DNA from: Desulfobacterales bacterium
GTDB lineage: Bacteria; Desulfobacterota; Desulfobacteria; Desulfobacterales; UBA2174
Direction of reading: 5' to 3'
DNA length: 64,000 nt
Assembly: GCA_963668645.2 (NCBI GenBank)
Contig: CAXXWC010000022.1
Coordinates: 1-64,000 of the forward strand
The number at the start of each line of letters is the position of its first letter. The first letter of the stretch is position 1. The notes beneath the pieces are model-generated. The model did no database searches. It had not been told where the DNA came from and worked only from the letters and a program-made list of their open reading frames with translations. The translations under genes were made by a program, and so were the position numbers. Shown one piece after another: positions 1 through 10,639 of this stretch.

Positions 1-801
1 TCCCAGGCGTCCGGCCATGCGCCGGTCGTGCTGGAGGGCCGATACGGCAAAACCGATCAAACAGGTGCCCAGCCCCATGGCATGGGCCGCCAGCAGGATC
101 TGCCCGCTGGCCAGCAGGCAGTCCTCCACCGGGCAGCTCGCCGGCCGCGAAGCCACCACGATGGCGGCCGGCGCCCCGTGAAAAAGCCGGTCGCGGCCTC
201 TCTCCTTCCACTCGCGCAAGGTTTCAGATACGGCGTTGTAATAATTGCGGAAATAAAAATCGAGTTTAGGCCGGCCGGCCAGGCGCAGCAGCCGGCGCAG
301 CCAGGCGCGTTCGGCCTGCCGGTTGAGCCGGGCGAAAAATTCACCCACCTCCCGGGCCAGGGACAGGACACTGTCGCGGGTGGGCAGGAGGGTAAAGGTC
401 CAGGGCTGGCAGTTGGAGCCCGAAGGGGCGCTGATGCCGATCTTGACCAGATCTTCGAGCTGCTCGATGGATACGCCGGCCCCGGTGAAGTTGCGGCAGC
501 TGCGGCGCGAGGCCATCAACCGCACCAACCCGGGCAGGTCGAAGCGGCCCGGCGGCAGCCAGCGGGTGTCGGCCGTGAAGGTGGCAAAATCGGCCAATCC
601 AGGGTCGAGGGCCTCGACCGTTACCGCCCCTTCCGGGCAAACCGCGGCACAATGGCCGCAGGCCAGCGATTCGGCCCCGGCCACCACCGCCTTGCCGCCT
701 GCAAGATCCAGGGTATCGGCAGGACAGACCCGCAGGCATAGACCGCAGCCGACGCAGCGTTGGGCGTCGATGCGGGTGGTGACCGAACGGTCGACCTTCA
801 T
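1..801 (-). CDS. 4Fe-4S ferredoxin domain + nitroreductase family protein (runs off window start)
   Basis: Manual translation from ATG at 801: MKVDRSVTTRIDAQRCVGCGLCLRVCP...LACGHCAAVCPEGAV...LMASRRSCRNF...APSGSNCQPWTF. Two Cys clusters (CxxCxxCxxxCP and CxxCxxxCP) plus nitroreductase RRS-R and APSgsNxQPW motifs. Absent from the ORF track because the stop lies outside the window. Confidence 0.88.
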   Translation of the reverse strand, partial: MKVDRSVTTRIDAQRCVGCGLCLRVCPADTLDLAGGKAVVAGAESLACGHCAAVCPEGAVTVEALDPGLADFATFTADTRWLPPGRFDLPGLVRLMASRRSCRNFTGAGVSIEQLEDLVKIGISAPSGSNCQPWTFTLLPTRDSVLSLAREVGEFFARLNRQAERAWLRRLLRLAGRPKLDFYFRNYYNAVSETLREWKERGRDRLFHGAPAAIVVASRPASCPVEDCLLASGQILLAAHAMGLGTCLIGFAVSALQHDRRMAGRLG

Positions 802-1019
802 GGCTTGACCCGATAGCCGAAGCGCGGCGGCTGGCCCTTGAGGGCGCAGCAGGCCACCGGGCAGCGGCTGTGGGGATCGGCGGGGAGCCGGCCGGCCTTG
901 GAGCCGCTGCCCTGGCGCAGGGCCACCCACCGGCGGGCCTCTTCTTCGTCGGTGCAGGTGCCCATGCACACGCTGACCTTGCCGCGGCAGTGCAGATATT
1001 CGCAGATCAGTTCAAACAC
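798..1019 (-). CDS. small Cys-rich hypothetical protein (73 aa)
   Basis: Fills the gap exactly; overlaps the SDR stop and has an ATGA overlap with the nitroreductase start, suggesting translational coupling. Confidence 0.6.
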   Translation of the reverse strand: MFELICEYLHCRGKVSVCMGTCTDEEEARRWVALRQGSGSKAGRLPADPHSRCPVACCALKGQPPRFGYRVKP

Positions 1020-1851
1020 CGGTCCGCCCTCCAGCGCCGCCGGCCAGCTCCACGGTGAACTGGCGGGCCATGAGCCGTTCGTAAAGATTCGGGGCCAGGC
1101 GGCTGACCCAGTAGGAGAGCTTGCCGACGGGGGTCAGCACCGCCAGGGGGCGGCGCCGGACTGCGGCCTGGTAAAGCTCTTCGGCCACTTTTTCCGGGGT
1201 GGACTGGCCGCCGACCCGGGACTGGGGCCGGGTGGTGACCTGCCCGTCGCCGCCCAGGGCCCGGCTCTGGAGATTGGTCTGGACAAAGCCCGGGCAGGCG
1301 ATCAGCACATGAACCCCTTCGCGGCGCAGCTCGGCGCGCAGGGTGGTGAACAAGCCGTGCAGGGCGTGCTTGCTGGCGCAGTAGGCGCTGCGGCCCAAAA
1401 GGGGCGAGACTCCGGCCAGGCTTTCGATGACCAGGATCATACCGCGCCGCTGGCGCAGGCTCGCCAGGGCCGCCTGGGTGCAGTAGAGCGAACCGAAGAA
1501 GTTCACCCCCATAACCCGCTCGAAGACCTCGGCGCGGGTGTCGACGAAAAGCTCCCGGGCCGTGATGCCGGCGTTGTTCACCAGCAGATCGATGCCGCCG
1601 AAGCGGTCCAGCACCGCCGTTATGGCATCGGCGCATTCCTGTTGGCGCGATACGTTGCAGGCCAGGCCCAGGGCCGCCGTGCCCGCCGCGGTCAGGTTTG
1701 CGGCCGCGCGCCGGGCCCCGTCGCCATCCATGTCCAGGAGCGCGATGCGGGCCCCGTCGCGGGCGAATCGCTCGGCCAAGGCCAGGCCGATCCCGCTGGC
1801 CCCGCCGGTGACCACCACCACTTTGTCTTCAAAAGGTTTTGAAACAGGCAT
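1012..1851 (-). CDS. short-chain dehydrogenase/reductase (SDR)
   Basis: VVVTGGASGIG, NNAG and YCASK motifs; AAAGGAG RBS upstream. Confidence 0.93.
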   Translation of the reverse strand: MPVSKPFEDKVVVVTGGASGIGLALAERFARDGARIALLDMDGDGARRAAANLTAAGTAALGLACNVSRQQECADAITAVLDRFGGIDLLVNNAGITARELFVDTRAEVFERVMGVNFFGSLYCTQAALASLRQRRGMILVIESLAGVSPLLGRSAYCASKHALHGLFTTLRAELRREGVHVLIACPGFVQTNLQSRALGGDGQVTTRPQSRVGGQSTPEKVAEELYQAAVRRRPLAVLTPVGKLSYWVSRLAPNLYERLMARQFTVELAGGAGGRTGV

Positions 1852-2089
1852 GGAAAACACTCCTTTCGAGAGGTGTTCGATAAATGATTGTTAGTTTATC
1901 GCACGGGACCGGCGCAGGTCAAGAATTCAAAAATAAACCGGGAATTACCGGGACCCGAGCCGCGTAGTTGACCGGTCGCGCGAAATATGAAAGAAATGTC
2001 CACCCGTTTGCATCTTTATCGATACCGGGAATAGCGATGAGCGCCGGGTTGCCCCGGCCGGTCATCGCCCCCAAGGAAAAGGAAAACCC

Positions 2090-3819
2090 ATGGTCGCGCC
2101 AAAGGATCGCAACACCCCATCGCCTGCTTCGGGTCCGCAGGAAGAAAAATCGCTGGATTTCATCCGCCAGATCGTGGCCGACGATGTCGCCGCCGGGGTC
2201 CACGGGGGACGGGTGGCCACCCGTTTTCCGCCCGAGCCCAACGGGTACCTGCACATCGGGCACGCCAAATCGATCTGCCTCAACTTCGGCATCGCCGGGC
2301 AGTTCGGCGGCACCTGCAACCTGCGTTTCGACGATACCAACCCCACCAAGGAGGAGGTCGAATACGTCGAATCGATCCAGGCCGATGTGCACTGGCTGGG
2401 CTTCGACTGGGAAGATCGCTGCTACTACGCCTCGGACTATTTCGAGCGACTCTACGCGTTTGCCTGCCGCCTGATCCGCATGGGCAAGGCCTACGTGGAC
2501 GATCTGAGCGCCGAGCAGATCCGCGACTATCGTGGCACCCTCACCGAACCGGGGCGCAACAGCCCCTACCGGGACCGCACGCCGGAAGAGAACATGGCGC
2601 TTTTCGAGGAGATGCGCCGCGGTCTCTACCCCGACGGCAGCCGGGTGCTGCGGGCCCGCATCGACATGGCCCACCCCAACCTGGTGATGCGCGATCCGAC
2701 CCTCTACCGCATCCGCAAGGTGGACCACCACCGCACGGGCGATAGCTGGTGCATCTACCCCCTATACGATTTCGCCCACTGTTTGTCGGACGCCATCGAG
2801 GGGATCACCCACTCGATCTGCACCCTGGAGTTCGAAAACAACCGCGAACTTTACGACTGGGTTCTCGACACGCTGGAACTGGCCGACCGGCCGCACCAGT
2901 ACGAGTTCGCCCGCTTGAACCTGACGCGCACCGTCATGAGCAAGCGCAAGCTGCTGGAGCTGGTCAATGAAGGCGTCGTCAGCGGCTGGGACGACCCGCG
3001 CATGCCGACTTTGAGCGGTCTGCGGCGCAGGGGCTACACCCCCGGGGCGATCCGCAATTTTTGCGACCGCATCGGGGTGGCCCGGGCTTACAGCGTGGTG
3101 GATTACGCCCTGCTGGAGCACTGCCTCAGAGAGGATCTCAACCGGCGCTCACCGCGGGTTATGGCGGTGCTGCGGCCCCTGAAGGTGGTGATCGAAAACT
3201 ACCCGGCCGAGGGCCGGGAAACCTTGGAAGCGGTCAACAATCCCGAGGATCCGGGGGCCGGGACGCGACAGGTCCCCTTCGGGCGCGAGATCTACATCGA
3301 ACGCGACGACTTCATGGAAGATCCGCCAAGAAATTTTTCCGCCTGGCACCGGGCCGGGAGGTGCGGCTGCGCTACGCCTACTTTGTCACCTGCACCGGGG
3401 TGGTCAAGGACCCGCAGACCGGCGAGATCCTCGAGCTGCGCTGCACCTACGATCCGGCCACGCGCGGCGGCGACGCCCCGGACGGGCGCAAGGTCAAGGC
3501 CACCCTGCACTGGGTGGCGGCGGCCGATGCGGTGGAAGCCGAGGTGCGGCTCTACGACCATCTTTTCACCGCCGACAATCCTGGCGAGGTGCCCGAGGGC
3601 GAGTCTTTCCTCGACCGGGTGGCCTCCGACTCGCTGACGGTCCTGGCAGGGTGCAAGCTCGAACCGGGCCTGGCCGGCGCGGCTCCGGGCGACATCTTCC
3701 AGTTCGAGCGGCTCGGCTATTTTTGCGCGGACCGGATCGACAGCAAACCGGGGCGGCCGGTCTTCAACCGCGCCGTGACCCTGCGCGACGCCTGGGCCAA
3801 GATTCAGAAAAAGACCTGA
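2090..3819 (+). CDS. glnS: glutaminyl-tRNA synthetase, split by a -1 frameshift near 3326-3337
   Basis: [27 protein letters not shown] and GWDDPRMPT in 2090..3637; C-terminal [18 protein letters not shown]...KVKATLHWV...FQFERLGYF continues in frame 3061..3819. Confidence 0.95.
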
Positions 3820-3825
3820 AAGCCG

Positions 3826-5442
3826 ATGCCTCTTGAATGGTGGATCGCCGCATCCGCAGCCCTGGCGCTGGTCCTGGCCGGGGCCGCCGGTGTTGCCCGG
3901 CGCATCATGCAAAGGCGCGTCCAGCGCGCCTTTGAATCCGGCCAGGAGGCCCTGGGCCCGGAACTCGAACGCCTTTCGCAGACCCTGGCCGGCAAGGAAA
4001 CCCTTTTGCAGGCCTGCGAGGCGGCTCGAAGCCGCCTGGAGACCCGTCTCGCACTGGCCGAGCAGCAAAATCAGGCCATCGCAGAACTGAAAAGTACCAT
4101 CGCCGGCCGCGACGAGCAGGTGCGCCAGCTCAACACCGCCTTGCAGGCCGCGACCGCATCTTTTGCCGCCGAGAAGGCGCGCACCGCCCAACTCCAGCCC
4201 CTGACGGAAAAACTCGAAGCGCGCGAGCAGGCCGCCGACGCCCTGCGGGCACAGCTTGCCGCCCGGGAGGCGCGCATCGCCGAACTGCAAACCCGCCTGG
4301 AGCAGGAACGCCGGCGGGCCGCAGAACAGTTGACCCTTCTCGGCCAGGCCCGGGAGCAGTTGACCGATCAGTTCCGGGTCCTGGCCCAGGAAATCCTCGA
4401 GGAAAAGGGGCGGATCTTCGGCGAACAGAGCCGCTCGGACCTCAAGCATCTTCTCGATCCGTTCCGCGACCAGCTCAACGAGTTCAGGCGCAAGGTGGAC
4501 GACGTCTACGTCAAGGAGGCGACCGAGCGGGCCACGCTCAAACGCGAAATCGAGACCCTGCGGGATCTGAACCGCCAGATGGGCCAGGAGGCCCTCAACC
4601 TGACGCGGGCCCTCAAGGGCGACAAGAAGGCTCAGGGCACCTGGGGGGAACTGGTGCTGGAGCGGGTGCTGGAAAAATCGGGCCTCCGGAAGGGGATCGA
4701 GTACGAGACCCAGGGCTCGTTTCGGGATCCGGACGGCAATCTGCTGCGGCCCGACGTGGTGGTCCACCTGCCCGAAGACCGGTGCGTGGTGGTGGATGCC
4801 AAGGTCTCGCTGGTGGCCTACGAGCGCTATGCCAACAGCGAAGACGAACCGGCGCGGCAAGGGGCCCTGGGCCAACATGTCGCGGCGGTGCGGGCCCACA
4901 TCGAGGCCTTGAGCGCCAAGGACTACCCCCACCTGCGGGGGGTGCGCAGCCTCGACTACATCCTGATGTTCATGCCCATCGACGCGGCCTTCGTGGCCGC
5001 CTTTCGCGAGGACGAAGCCCTCTACAGCCACGCCTTCGAGCGCCACATCGTGGTGGTCACCCCCTCGACGCTGCTCGCCACCCTCAAGACCATCGACATC
5101 ATCTGGCGCTACGAGCGCCAGAATCGCAGCGCGCGGGACGTCTTTGCAAGGGCCGGGGCCATCTACGACAAGCTGCGCCTGGTCCTGGAGAGCATCGAAA
5201 AACTCGGCGTCCAGATCCACACCCTCCAGGGAACCTACGAGGAAACCATGAACCGCCTGGTGCGCGGCAGGGGAAACGTGATGAGCCAGCTCGTCCGTTT
5301 TACCGAATTGGGGGTGCCGGTGAAAAAGCCGATGCCCCAGGCCCTGATGGAGACTGCCGAGATCGAAGGGGCGGCCGGTGGCGGCCAAGACCCGTCTTTG
5401 GACCGAGACCGGGCAGGGCAGGATCAAGATGACGGAAAATGA
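3826..5442 (+). CDS. rmuC: DNA recombination protein RmuC
   Basis: N-terminal TM, long coiled coil, QGTWGELVLERVLE, RPDVVVHLP, VDAKVSL and VTPSTLLATL. Confidence 0.92.
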   Translation: MPLEWWIAASAALALVLAGAAGVARRIMQRRVQRAFESGQEALGPELERLSQTLAGKETLLQACEAARSRLETRLALAEQQNQAIAELKSTIAGRDEQVRQLNTALQAATASFAAEKARTAQLQPLTEKLEAREQAADALRAQLAAREARIAELQTRLEQERRRAAEQLTLLGQAREQLTDQFRVLAQEILEEKGRIFGEQSRSDLKHLLDPFRDQLNEFRRKVDDVYVKEATERATLKREIETLRDLNRQMGQEALNLTRALKGDKKAQGTWGELVLERVLEKSGLRKGIEYETQGSFRDPDGNLLRPDVVVHLPEDRCVVVDAKVSLVAYERYANSEDEPARQGALGQHVAAVRAHIEALSAKDYPHLRGVRSLDYILMFMPIDAAFVAAFREDEALYSHAFERHIVVVTPSTLLATLKTIDIIWRYERQNRSARDVFARAGAIYDKLRLVLESIEKLGVQIHTLQGTYEETMNRLVRGRGNVMSQLVRFTELGVPVKKPMPQALMETAEIEGAAGGGQDPSLDRDRAGQDQDDGK

Positions 5443-5457
5443 TGGATCGGCCTGCGA

Positions 5458-7329
5458 TCAGGCCGGCTCGTCGAAGCGGCAGCTCAGCAGCAGGTCGTCC
5501 TCCATGGTGGAGTGAACCTTGTACGGCAGGCTTTTGAACAGGTTGATCATGGCCCGGTTGCCCGGTGAAGTGACCGCGTAGAGACCGAGGATCCCGTTTT
5601 CCCGGGCCGCCTTGGCCAGCTTGCGCATCAGGATGCGCCCCAGCCCCTTGCCCTGGAACTCCTTGCTCACCGAAAAGGCCACCTCGGCCATGTTCTTGGC
5701 CGGCTGCAGATAGTACTCGCCCACGGCCACCACCCGGTCGAAGCCGAACTCGCCCACCACGGCGATGAGGGTCAGGTTGTGCACGTAGTCGATCTGGCTC
5801 ATGGCTTTCAGATCGCCGCGCGCAAAGCGGGTCTTTTCGTGGAAGAAACGCGACAGCACGTCTCCCTTGTCCAGGTGGTAGTAGTGCTCCTGGATGCGCC
5901 GTTCGTCCACCGGCTTGGTGGGCCGGACCGTCACCGTCTGGCCGTCGATGGTCAAGGTTTCTTCGATGCGCACCGGGTAGATGCCACGCACCGATTCGCC
6001 CAGGCGCCGCTCCCGGCCGATCATCCCCAGGTCCTTGGCCTGTTCGAACAGCTGGTCGCGAAAATCCGGGTGGGCGATGCTGATCATGGCCAGGGCGCGC
6101 TCCTGGGTGCTTTTGCCGAAGAGGTTGACCGCGCCGAACTCGGTCACCACCCAGCGCACATCCTGGCGCGGCAGGGTGACGATGGTGTTGTTGAGAAGCG
6201 GCACGATGCGGCTGGTCCGGCCCTGGTCGGCGGTGGCCGCAAGCATGATGATCGACCGGCCCCCGTTGGAACGGTTCGAACCGCGCACGAAGTCGGCAAT
6301 CCCCGAAACCCCGGCGAAGAGGGTGGCGGCCACGGCGTCCGATGAGACCTGGCCGGCCAGATCGATCCGCTGGGCCACGTTCATCGAAACCATTTTGTGA
6401 TGGCGGGCGATGACCTCGATGTCATGGACGTAGTCGGCCGGATGGAACTCCACCGCCGGGTTGAGGTTCAGAAACTCGTAGAGGGCCCGGGAGCCGACGG
6501 CGCAGGTGGCCACGAGTTTGCCGTTGTTGAACTCCTTGCGGCGGTTGGTGACCACCCCCCGGGCGTAAAGATGCATGATGTCTTCGGTAAAAAACATCGA
6601 ATGGATGCCCAGGTCGTTCTTCTCGGCCAGGGCCTGGCTGGTGGCCTGGCTGGCGGCATCCAGCCCGATCTGCAAGGTGGCGCCGTCGTCGATGAGCCGG
6701 GCGATGTTCTGGCCGATGCGCAGGGCCGTGTCCGAGGTCTCCTGGGCGCCGATGGTCAGCAGATCCTCGTCGTGCTCGACGAAAAGGTCGACATCGTTGA
6801 CATGGATGAAGCTCTGGCCCAGGACCATGGGCATCTGGGGGTTGATCTGGGCGATCACCAGGTCGGCGGCCTGGGCCGCGGCCTGGGTCACGTCCACCGA
6901 AACCCCGAAACTCATCCAGCCGAAATCGTCCGGGGGTGAGACCTGGATCAGGGCCACGTCGATGGGAATGCGCCGCCGGGCGAAGAGCCGGGGCACCTCG
7001 CTCATGTTGACCGGGGTGTAGAAGCGTTTGTTGGGGGCCAGTTCCGGCGAGCGGGCCGAGCCGAGGTAGATGGAACGGATGTTCATGCTGTCTCCCCCGC
7101 TGCGTTCGGCGATCTGGGTCAGGGGGGTGGTTTCCAGGGACATGAGCCGGATGATTTCGATGTCGCTGAGGTTGACGGCGGCCTCGGCCAGGCCCCGCAC
7201 CAGATGCTGGGGCTCGCCGCAGTAGGAGCCGATAAAGACCCGCTGGCCGGAGCGGATGCGGGCGATGGCGTCTTTCAGGGAGCGTTTTTTCCGGACATAG
7301 TCGTCGGCCCAGTATCCGGTGAGCGTCAT
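5458..7329 (-). CDS. acetyl-CoA hydrolase/transferase family protein with C-terminal GNAT domain
   Basis: ALIQVSPPDDFGWMSFGVSVD, DGATLQIG and VVTEFGAVNL; C-terminal AEVAFSVSKEFQGKGLG acetyl-CoA binding motif. Confidence 0.88.
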   Translation of the reverse strand: MTLTGYWADDYVRKKRSLKDAIARIRSGQRVFIGSYCGEPQHLVRGLAEAAVNLSDIEIIRLMSLETTPLTQIAERSGGDSMNIRSIYLGSARSPELAPNKRFYTPVNMSEVPRLFARRRIPIDVALIQVSPPDDFGWMSFGVSVDVTQAAAQAADLVIAQINPQMPMVLGQSFIHVNDVDLFVEHDEDLLTIGAQETSDTALRIGQNIARLIDDGATLQIGLDAASQATSQALAEKNDLGIHSMFFTEDIMHLYARGVVTNRRKEFNNGKLVATCAVGSRALYEFLNLNPAVEFHPADYVHDIEVIARHHKMVSMNVAQRIDLAGQVSSDAVAATLFAGVSGIADFVRGSNRSNGGRSIIMLAATADQGRTSRIVPLLNNTIVTLPRQDVRWVVTEFGAVNLFGKSTQERALAMISIAHPDFRDQLFEQAKDLGMIGRERRLGESVRGIYPVRIEETLTIDGQTVTVRPTKPVDERRIQEHYYHLDKGDVLSRFFHEKTRFARGDLKAMSQIDYVHNLTLIAVVGEFGFDRVVAVGEYYLQPAKNMAEVAFSVSKEFQGKGLGRILMRKLAKAARENGILGLYAVTSPGNRAMINLFKSLPYKVHSTMEDDLLLSCRFDEPA

Positions 7330-7436
7330 GGCGGCCTCGCAAGTCGGGGGTTACGGCAGCTAACGGCAAAAAGACAAATTCGTCCTGATCATCATAGCAG
7401 ATGCTGCGGCGATGGCCATAGACGATTGCCCGCAAT

Positions 7437-8129
7437 TCATCTTGGTGAACCCGGGACCCGGGCGATGGCTTCGATCACCACCGGGTAGATATGCGCCACG
7501 ATGCGCCGGCAGCCTTCGGCGGTGGGATGGATCCCGTCGGCCTGGTTCAAGCGCGGGTCGGCGGCCACGCCTTCGAGGAAAAAGGGGATCAGCACAGCGC
7601 CGGTTTTTCGGGCCACGGCCGGATAGACCGCTTCGAAGGCGGCGGTGTAATCGGCGCCGAGGTTTTTGACCATCTTCATGCCCCCGAGCACCACCAGGGC
7701 GCCGGAGGCTTGCAGGCGCTGCACCAGGGCCCGCAGGTTGCCGGCCAGCAGGTGCGGGTCGATGCCGCGCAGCCCGTCGTTGGCGCCGGTGACCAGGATG
7801 ACGATGTCCGGCTTGAGGCGCGCCACCACCCAGTCCACCCGTGACAGGGCCCCACTGGAGGTTTCGCCGCTGATGCCGGCGTTGACCACCCGCCAGCGGT
7901 ATCCTTCCTCGCGCAGCCGGGCTTCCAGGAGCGCCGGGTAGGCCTCGTCCGGGTCCAGGCCGTAGCCGGCGGTGAGGCTGTCGCCCATGGCCACGATGAC
8001 CGGAAGGGGCGATTCGGCGGCGGCCGGGGTCGCCGCCCGGGGTTTTTCGGGCTGGGGCGGCGCTTCGGGGGCGCAGGCGATCAGCCCTGCGATGAGGATC
8101 CAGACCAGGCTGCGGGCTGCCGATGGCAT
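7437..8129 (-). CDS. tesA: GDSL arylesterase/acyl-CoA thioesterase I (TesA-like), probable lipoprotein
   Basis: GDSLTAG, NAGISGET, GANDG and DGIHP blocks; LIAC lipobox-like signal. Confidence 0.88.
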   Translation of the reverse strand: MPSAARSLVWILIAGLIACAPEAPPQPEKPRAATPAAAESPLPVIVAMGDSLTAGYGLDPDEAYPALLEARLREEGYRWRVVNAGISGETSSGALSRVDWVVARLKPDIVILVTGANDGLRGIDPHLLAGNLRALVQRLQASGALVVLGGMKMVKNLGADYTAAFEAVYPAVARKTGAVLIPFFLEGVAADPRLNQADGIHPTAEGCRRIVAHIYPVVIEAIARVPGSPR

Positions 8130-8140
8130 GGGAGGCTCCT

Positions 8141-10639
8141 TTACGGATCCTGGCGGCGCAGGAAGTGTTCGGGCTTTTCATTGAGAATTCCCCGGCTGGC
8201 GGCCATTCCCACGGCCACCACGAGGAGCGCGGTGCCGGCCACCAGCCCCAGGGTGGCCAAAGGATAGACCCGGTAGCCGATGTCCAGAACCCGGGTGCAG
8301 ACCGCATAGGCCGCCGCCTGGGCCGCCGCGGCGGCCAGCAGGCCGCTGATCAGGCCGATGAGGGTGTTTTCCAGGGCGAAGACCCGGTTCACGAAGGCCT
8401 GGCGCGCCCCGAGGATCTTGAAGTAGACCGCCTCGCGGATGCGCGCGGCGCGGGTGGCCATCACCGAAGAGACGATGATCAGCAGCCCGGCCAGGATGGC
8501 AAAGGCGGCAAAGAAGCGCACGATGGTGCTCAGCTTGCGCAGGATGCGGCCGAAGACCCGGGCCGCGGCCGCAGCGTCGATGACGCTCACGTTGGGATGC
8601 TGCCGGACGATGCGGTTCTGGAGCCGGGCGATATCCTTTGCCGGTGCGCGCATGGCGGCAAAGAGGGTCCGGGGGGCGGGGGCCAGGACTTCGGGCTGGA
8701 ACACGAAATAGAAAAAGGGCTTGAGCGAATCGCGGGTGCGGCCGCGGACGCTGGCCACCACCGCATCCAGGGGCACGCCCTGGATGTTGAAGCGGATGCG
8801 GTCGCCCACCTGGAAGGGGTGGATCTCGCGCACCCGTTCGAGCACCGAGACCTGGACCCGCCCGGCGGGCCAGTCGTCGCGAAAAAGGCTGCGGCCCACG
8901 GTGAGCACCTCGTCGTCGAGAAGCCGGGTGCGGTAGGTGAGGTTGAAGGTGCGGGCCAGGTTGTCGCCCCGGCGCCGGCGTTCTTCTTCGCGGTCGATGG
9001 GCGTATCGTTGATCGCCTCGATGCGGGCGCGCACGATGGGGTAAAACTCGGCTGCGGGTCCGAGTTCGGCGGCCACCGCCGCCTGCTGGTCAGGCTGGAT
9101 GTCGAGCAAAAAGAGGTTGGGCGCATCCGCGGGGAAGGACTGGACAAAGGTTGCGTTCAGGTTGCGCTCGATCAGCAAGGTGGCGAAGATCACGGTCAGG
9201 GCCGCGGCCAGGGTGACGATGATGGCCCGGGTGGCGTTGCGCGGCCGGAACAGGCCCTTGACCGCCTGGCGCAGGGCCAGGCTGCGGGCCGGCAACCGGC
9301 GCAGCCCCCCCAGGGCCAGGAGCGCCAGGGCGAGGATGCTGCCCACCAGGGCCAGGATCCCGGCCACGAAATAGAGCCCGAGGCGCAGGTCGTGGATCTG
9401 CCAGAGGACCATGGCCGCGAAAAACAGGGCCAGCATGCCGCCGGCCGCCACGTAGGCCGGACCCCGTCGGCCGCGTGCCTTGACCGCCTGCAGGACGGCC
9501 GCCGGCCGCACCTCGGCCAGCCGGTAGAGGGGTAAAAAGGCAAAGAGAAAGACCACCGCCACGCCTAGCAGTCCGCCTTCGAAAAGCGCGCGCGGTTCCA
9601 GGGCGGCCCGGACCCCGGCCGGGATCAGGCCCTGGAACAAGAGCGGCAGAAGGACCTGCATCACCAGGCCGCCGAAGATCCCCAGGACGGTGCCGGCCAG
9701 GCCGAGCAGCAGCACGGCCGCCAGAAAATGGACCGTGATAAAGCGGCCCGTAGCGCCCAGGGCCCGCAGCACGGCGATGGTGCGCTCCTGGTCCTTGAGC
9801 AGTGCCGCCAGGGCGCTCTGGATGCCGAATCCGGCCAGCAGGAGAGTGAAGACGGCCACCAGCCCGAGGAAGAAAAGCAGGTTGTCGAAAAAGCGCTTGA
9901 TACGCGAATCGGCGCCGGCGGCCGTTTCCACCGTCTCCTGGCCGGCCGCCGCGGCCCGGCCCAAGGCGGCCGCCACCGCCGGCACCTCGGTTTCGGCAAA
10001 GACCTTGATCAGGCAGCGGTAGCGTACGCGGCTGCCGTGCTGGACCAGGTTCATGGCCGAAAGGTCGGCCGCGGCGGCCATGACTCGGGGGCCCAGGGAA
10101 AAAAAGTCCACCGGCCGGTCCGGCTCCTCCACGATGACGTCCGCCACGGTCAGCTCGGTGTCGCCCAGGCGGATGTCCTGGCCCGGCCGGATTCCGAGGC
10201 GCGAAAGAACGCTCGGCTCCACCACCACGGCCCCGGCCCGCAGCACGGCGGCAAGGGGCCGGCCGCTGGCCAGTTCCACCTTCCCGTAGAACGGATACCC
10301 GGTGCCCACCACCTTGATCAGGGAAAAAAGGGTCGCCTCGCCGCCGGCAACCCGCACCATCGAGTAGAATTCGTGCACCCGCACCGCCGCGATGCGCCCG
10401 GCCCGGGCCAGATCTGCCACCGCGGCCGTCAGGGCCGGTGAAAAAGGGGTGTTGGCCCGGATGATCACGTCGGCGGCCTGGAGCCGGCGGGCGTCTTCGG
10501 TCATGGAGCGGCGCACGCCGCCGGCAAAGCCTTCCAGGGATACGATGCTGACCAGGGACAGGGCCGTGCAGAGGACCAGGATGGCGGCCTGGCGGCGCGA
10601 CTGGGCCAGCACCCGCCCGATGAAACGCCTATGCAGCAT
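8141..10639 (-). CDS. ybbP: ABC transporter permease (YbbP/FtsX-like)
   Basis: Duplicated FtsX-type permease with YPFYG, LRALGA and PNLFLLDIQPDQ; syntenic with tesA and ybbA. Confidence 0.85.
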   Translation of the reverse strand: MLHRRFIGRVLAQSRRQAAILVLCTALSLVSIVSLEGFAGGVRRSMTEDARRLQAADVIIRANTPFSPALTAAVADLARAGRIAAVRVHEFYSMVRVAGGEATLFSLIKVVGTGYPFYGKVELASGRPLAAVLRAGAVVVEPSVLSRLGIRPGQDIRLGDTELTVADVIVEEPDRPVDFFSLGPRVMAAAADLSAMNLVQHGSRVRYRCLIKVFAETEVPAVAAALGRAAAAGQETVETAAGADSRIKRFFDNLLFFLGLVAVFTLLLAGFGIQSALAALLKDQERTIAVLRALGATGRFITVHFLAAVLLLGLAGTVLGIFGGLVMQVLLPLLFQGLIPAGVRAALEPRALFEGGLLGVAVVFLFAFLPLYRLAEVRPAAVLQAVKARGRRGPAYVAAGGMLALFFAAMVLWQIHDLRLGLYFVAGILALVGSILALALLALGGLRRLPARSLALRQAVKGLFRPRNATRAIIVTLAAALTVIFATLLIERNLNATFVQSFPADAPNLFLLDIQPDQQAAVAAELGPAAEFYPIVRARIEAINDTPIDREEERRRRGDNLARTFNLTYRTRLLDDEVLTVGRSLFRDDWPAGRVQVSVLERVREIHPFQVGDRIRFNIQGVPLDAVVASVRGRTRDSLKPFFYFVFQPEVLAPAPRTLFAAMRAPAKDIARLQNRIVRQHPNVSVIDAAAAARVFGRILRKLSTIVRFFAAFAILAGLLIIVSSVMATRAARIREAVYFKILGARQAFVNRVFALENTLIGLISGLLAAAAAQAAAYAVCTRVLDIGYRVYPLATLGLVAGTALLVVAVGMAASRGILNEKPEHFLRRQDP

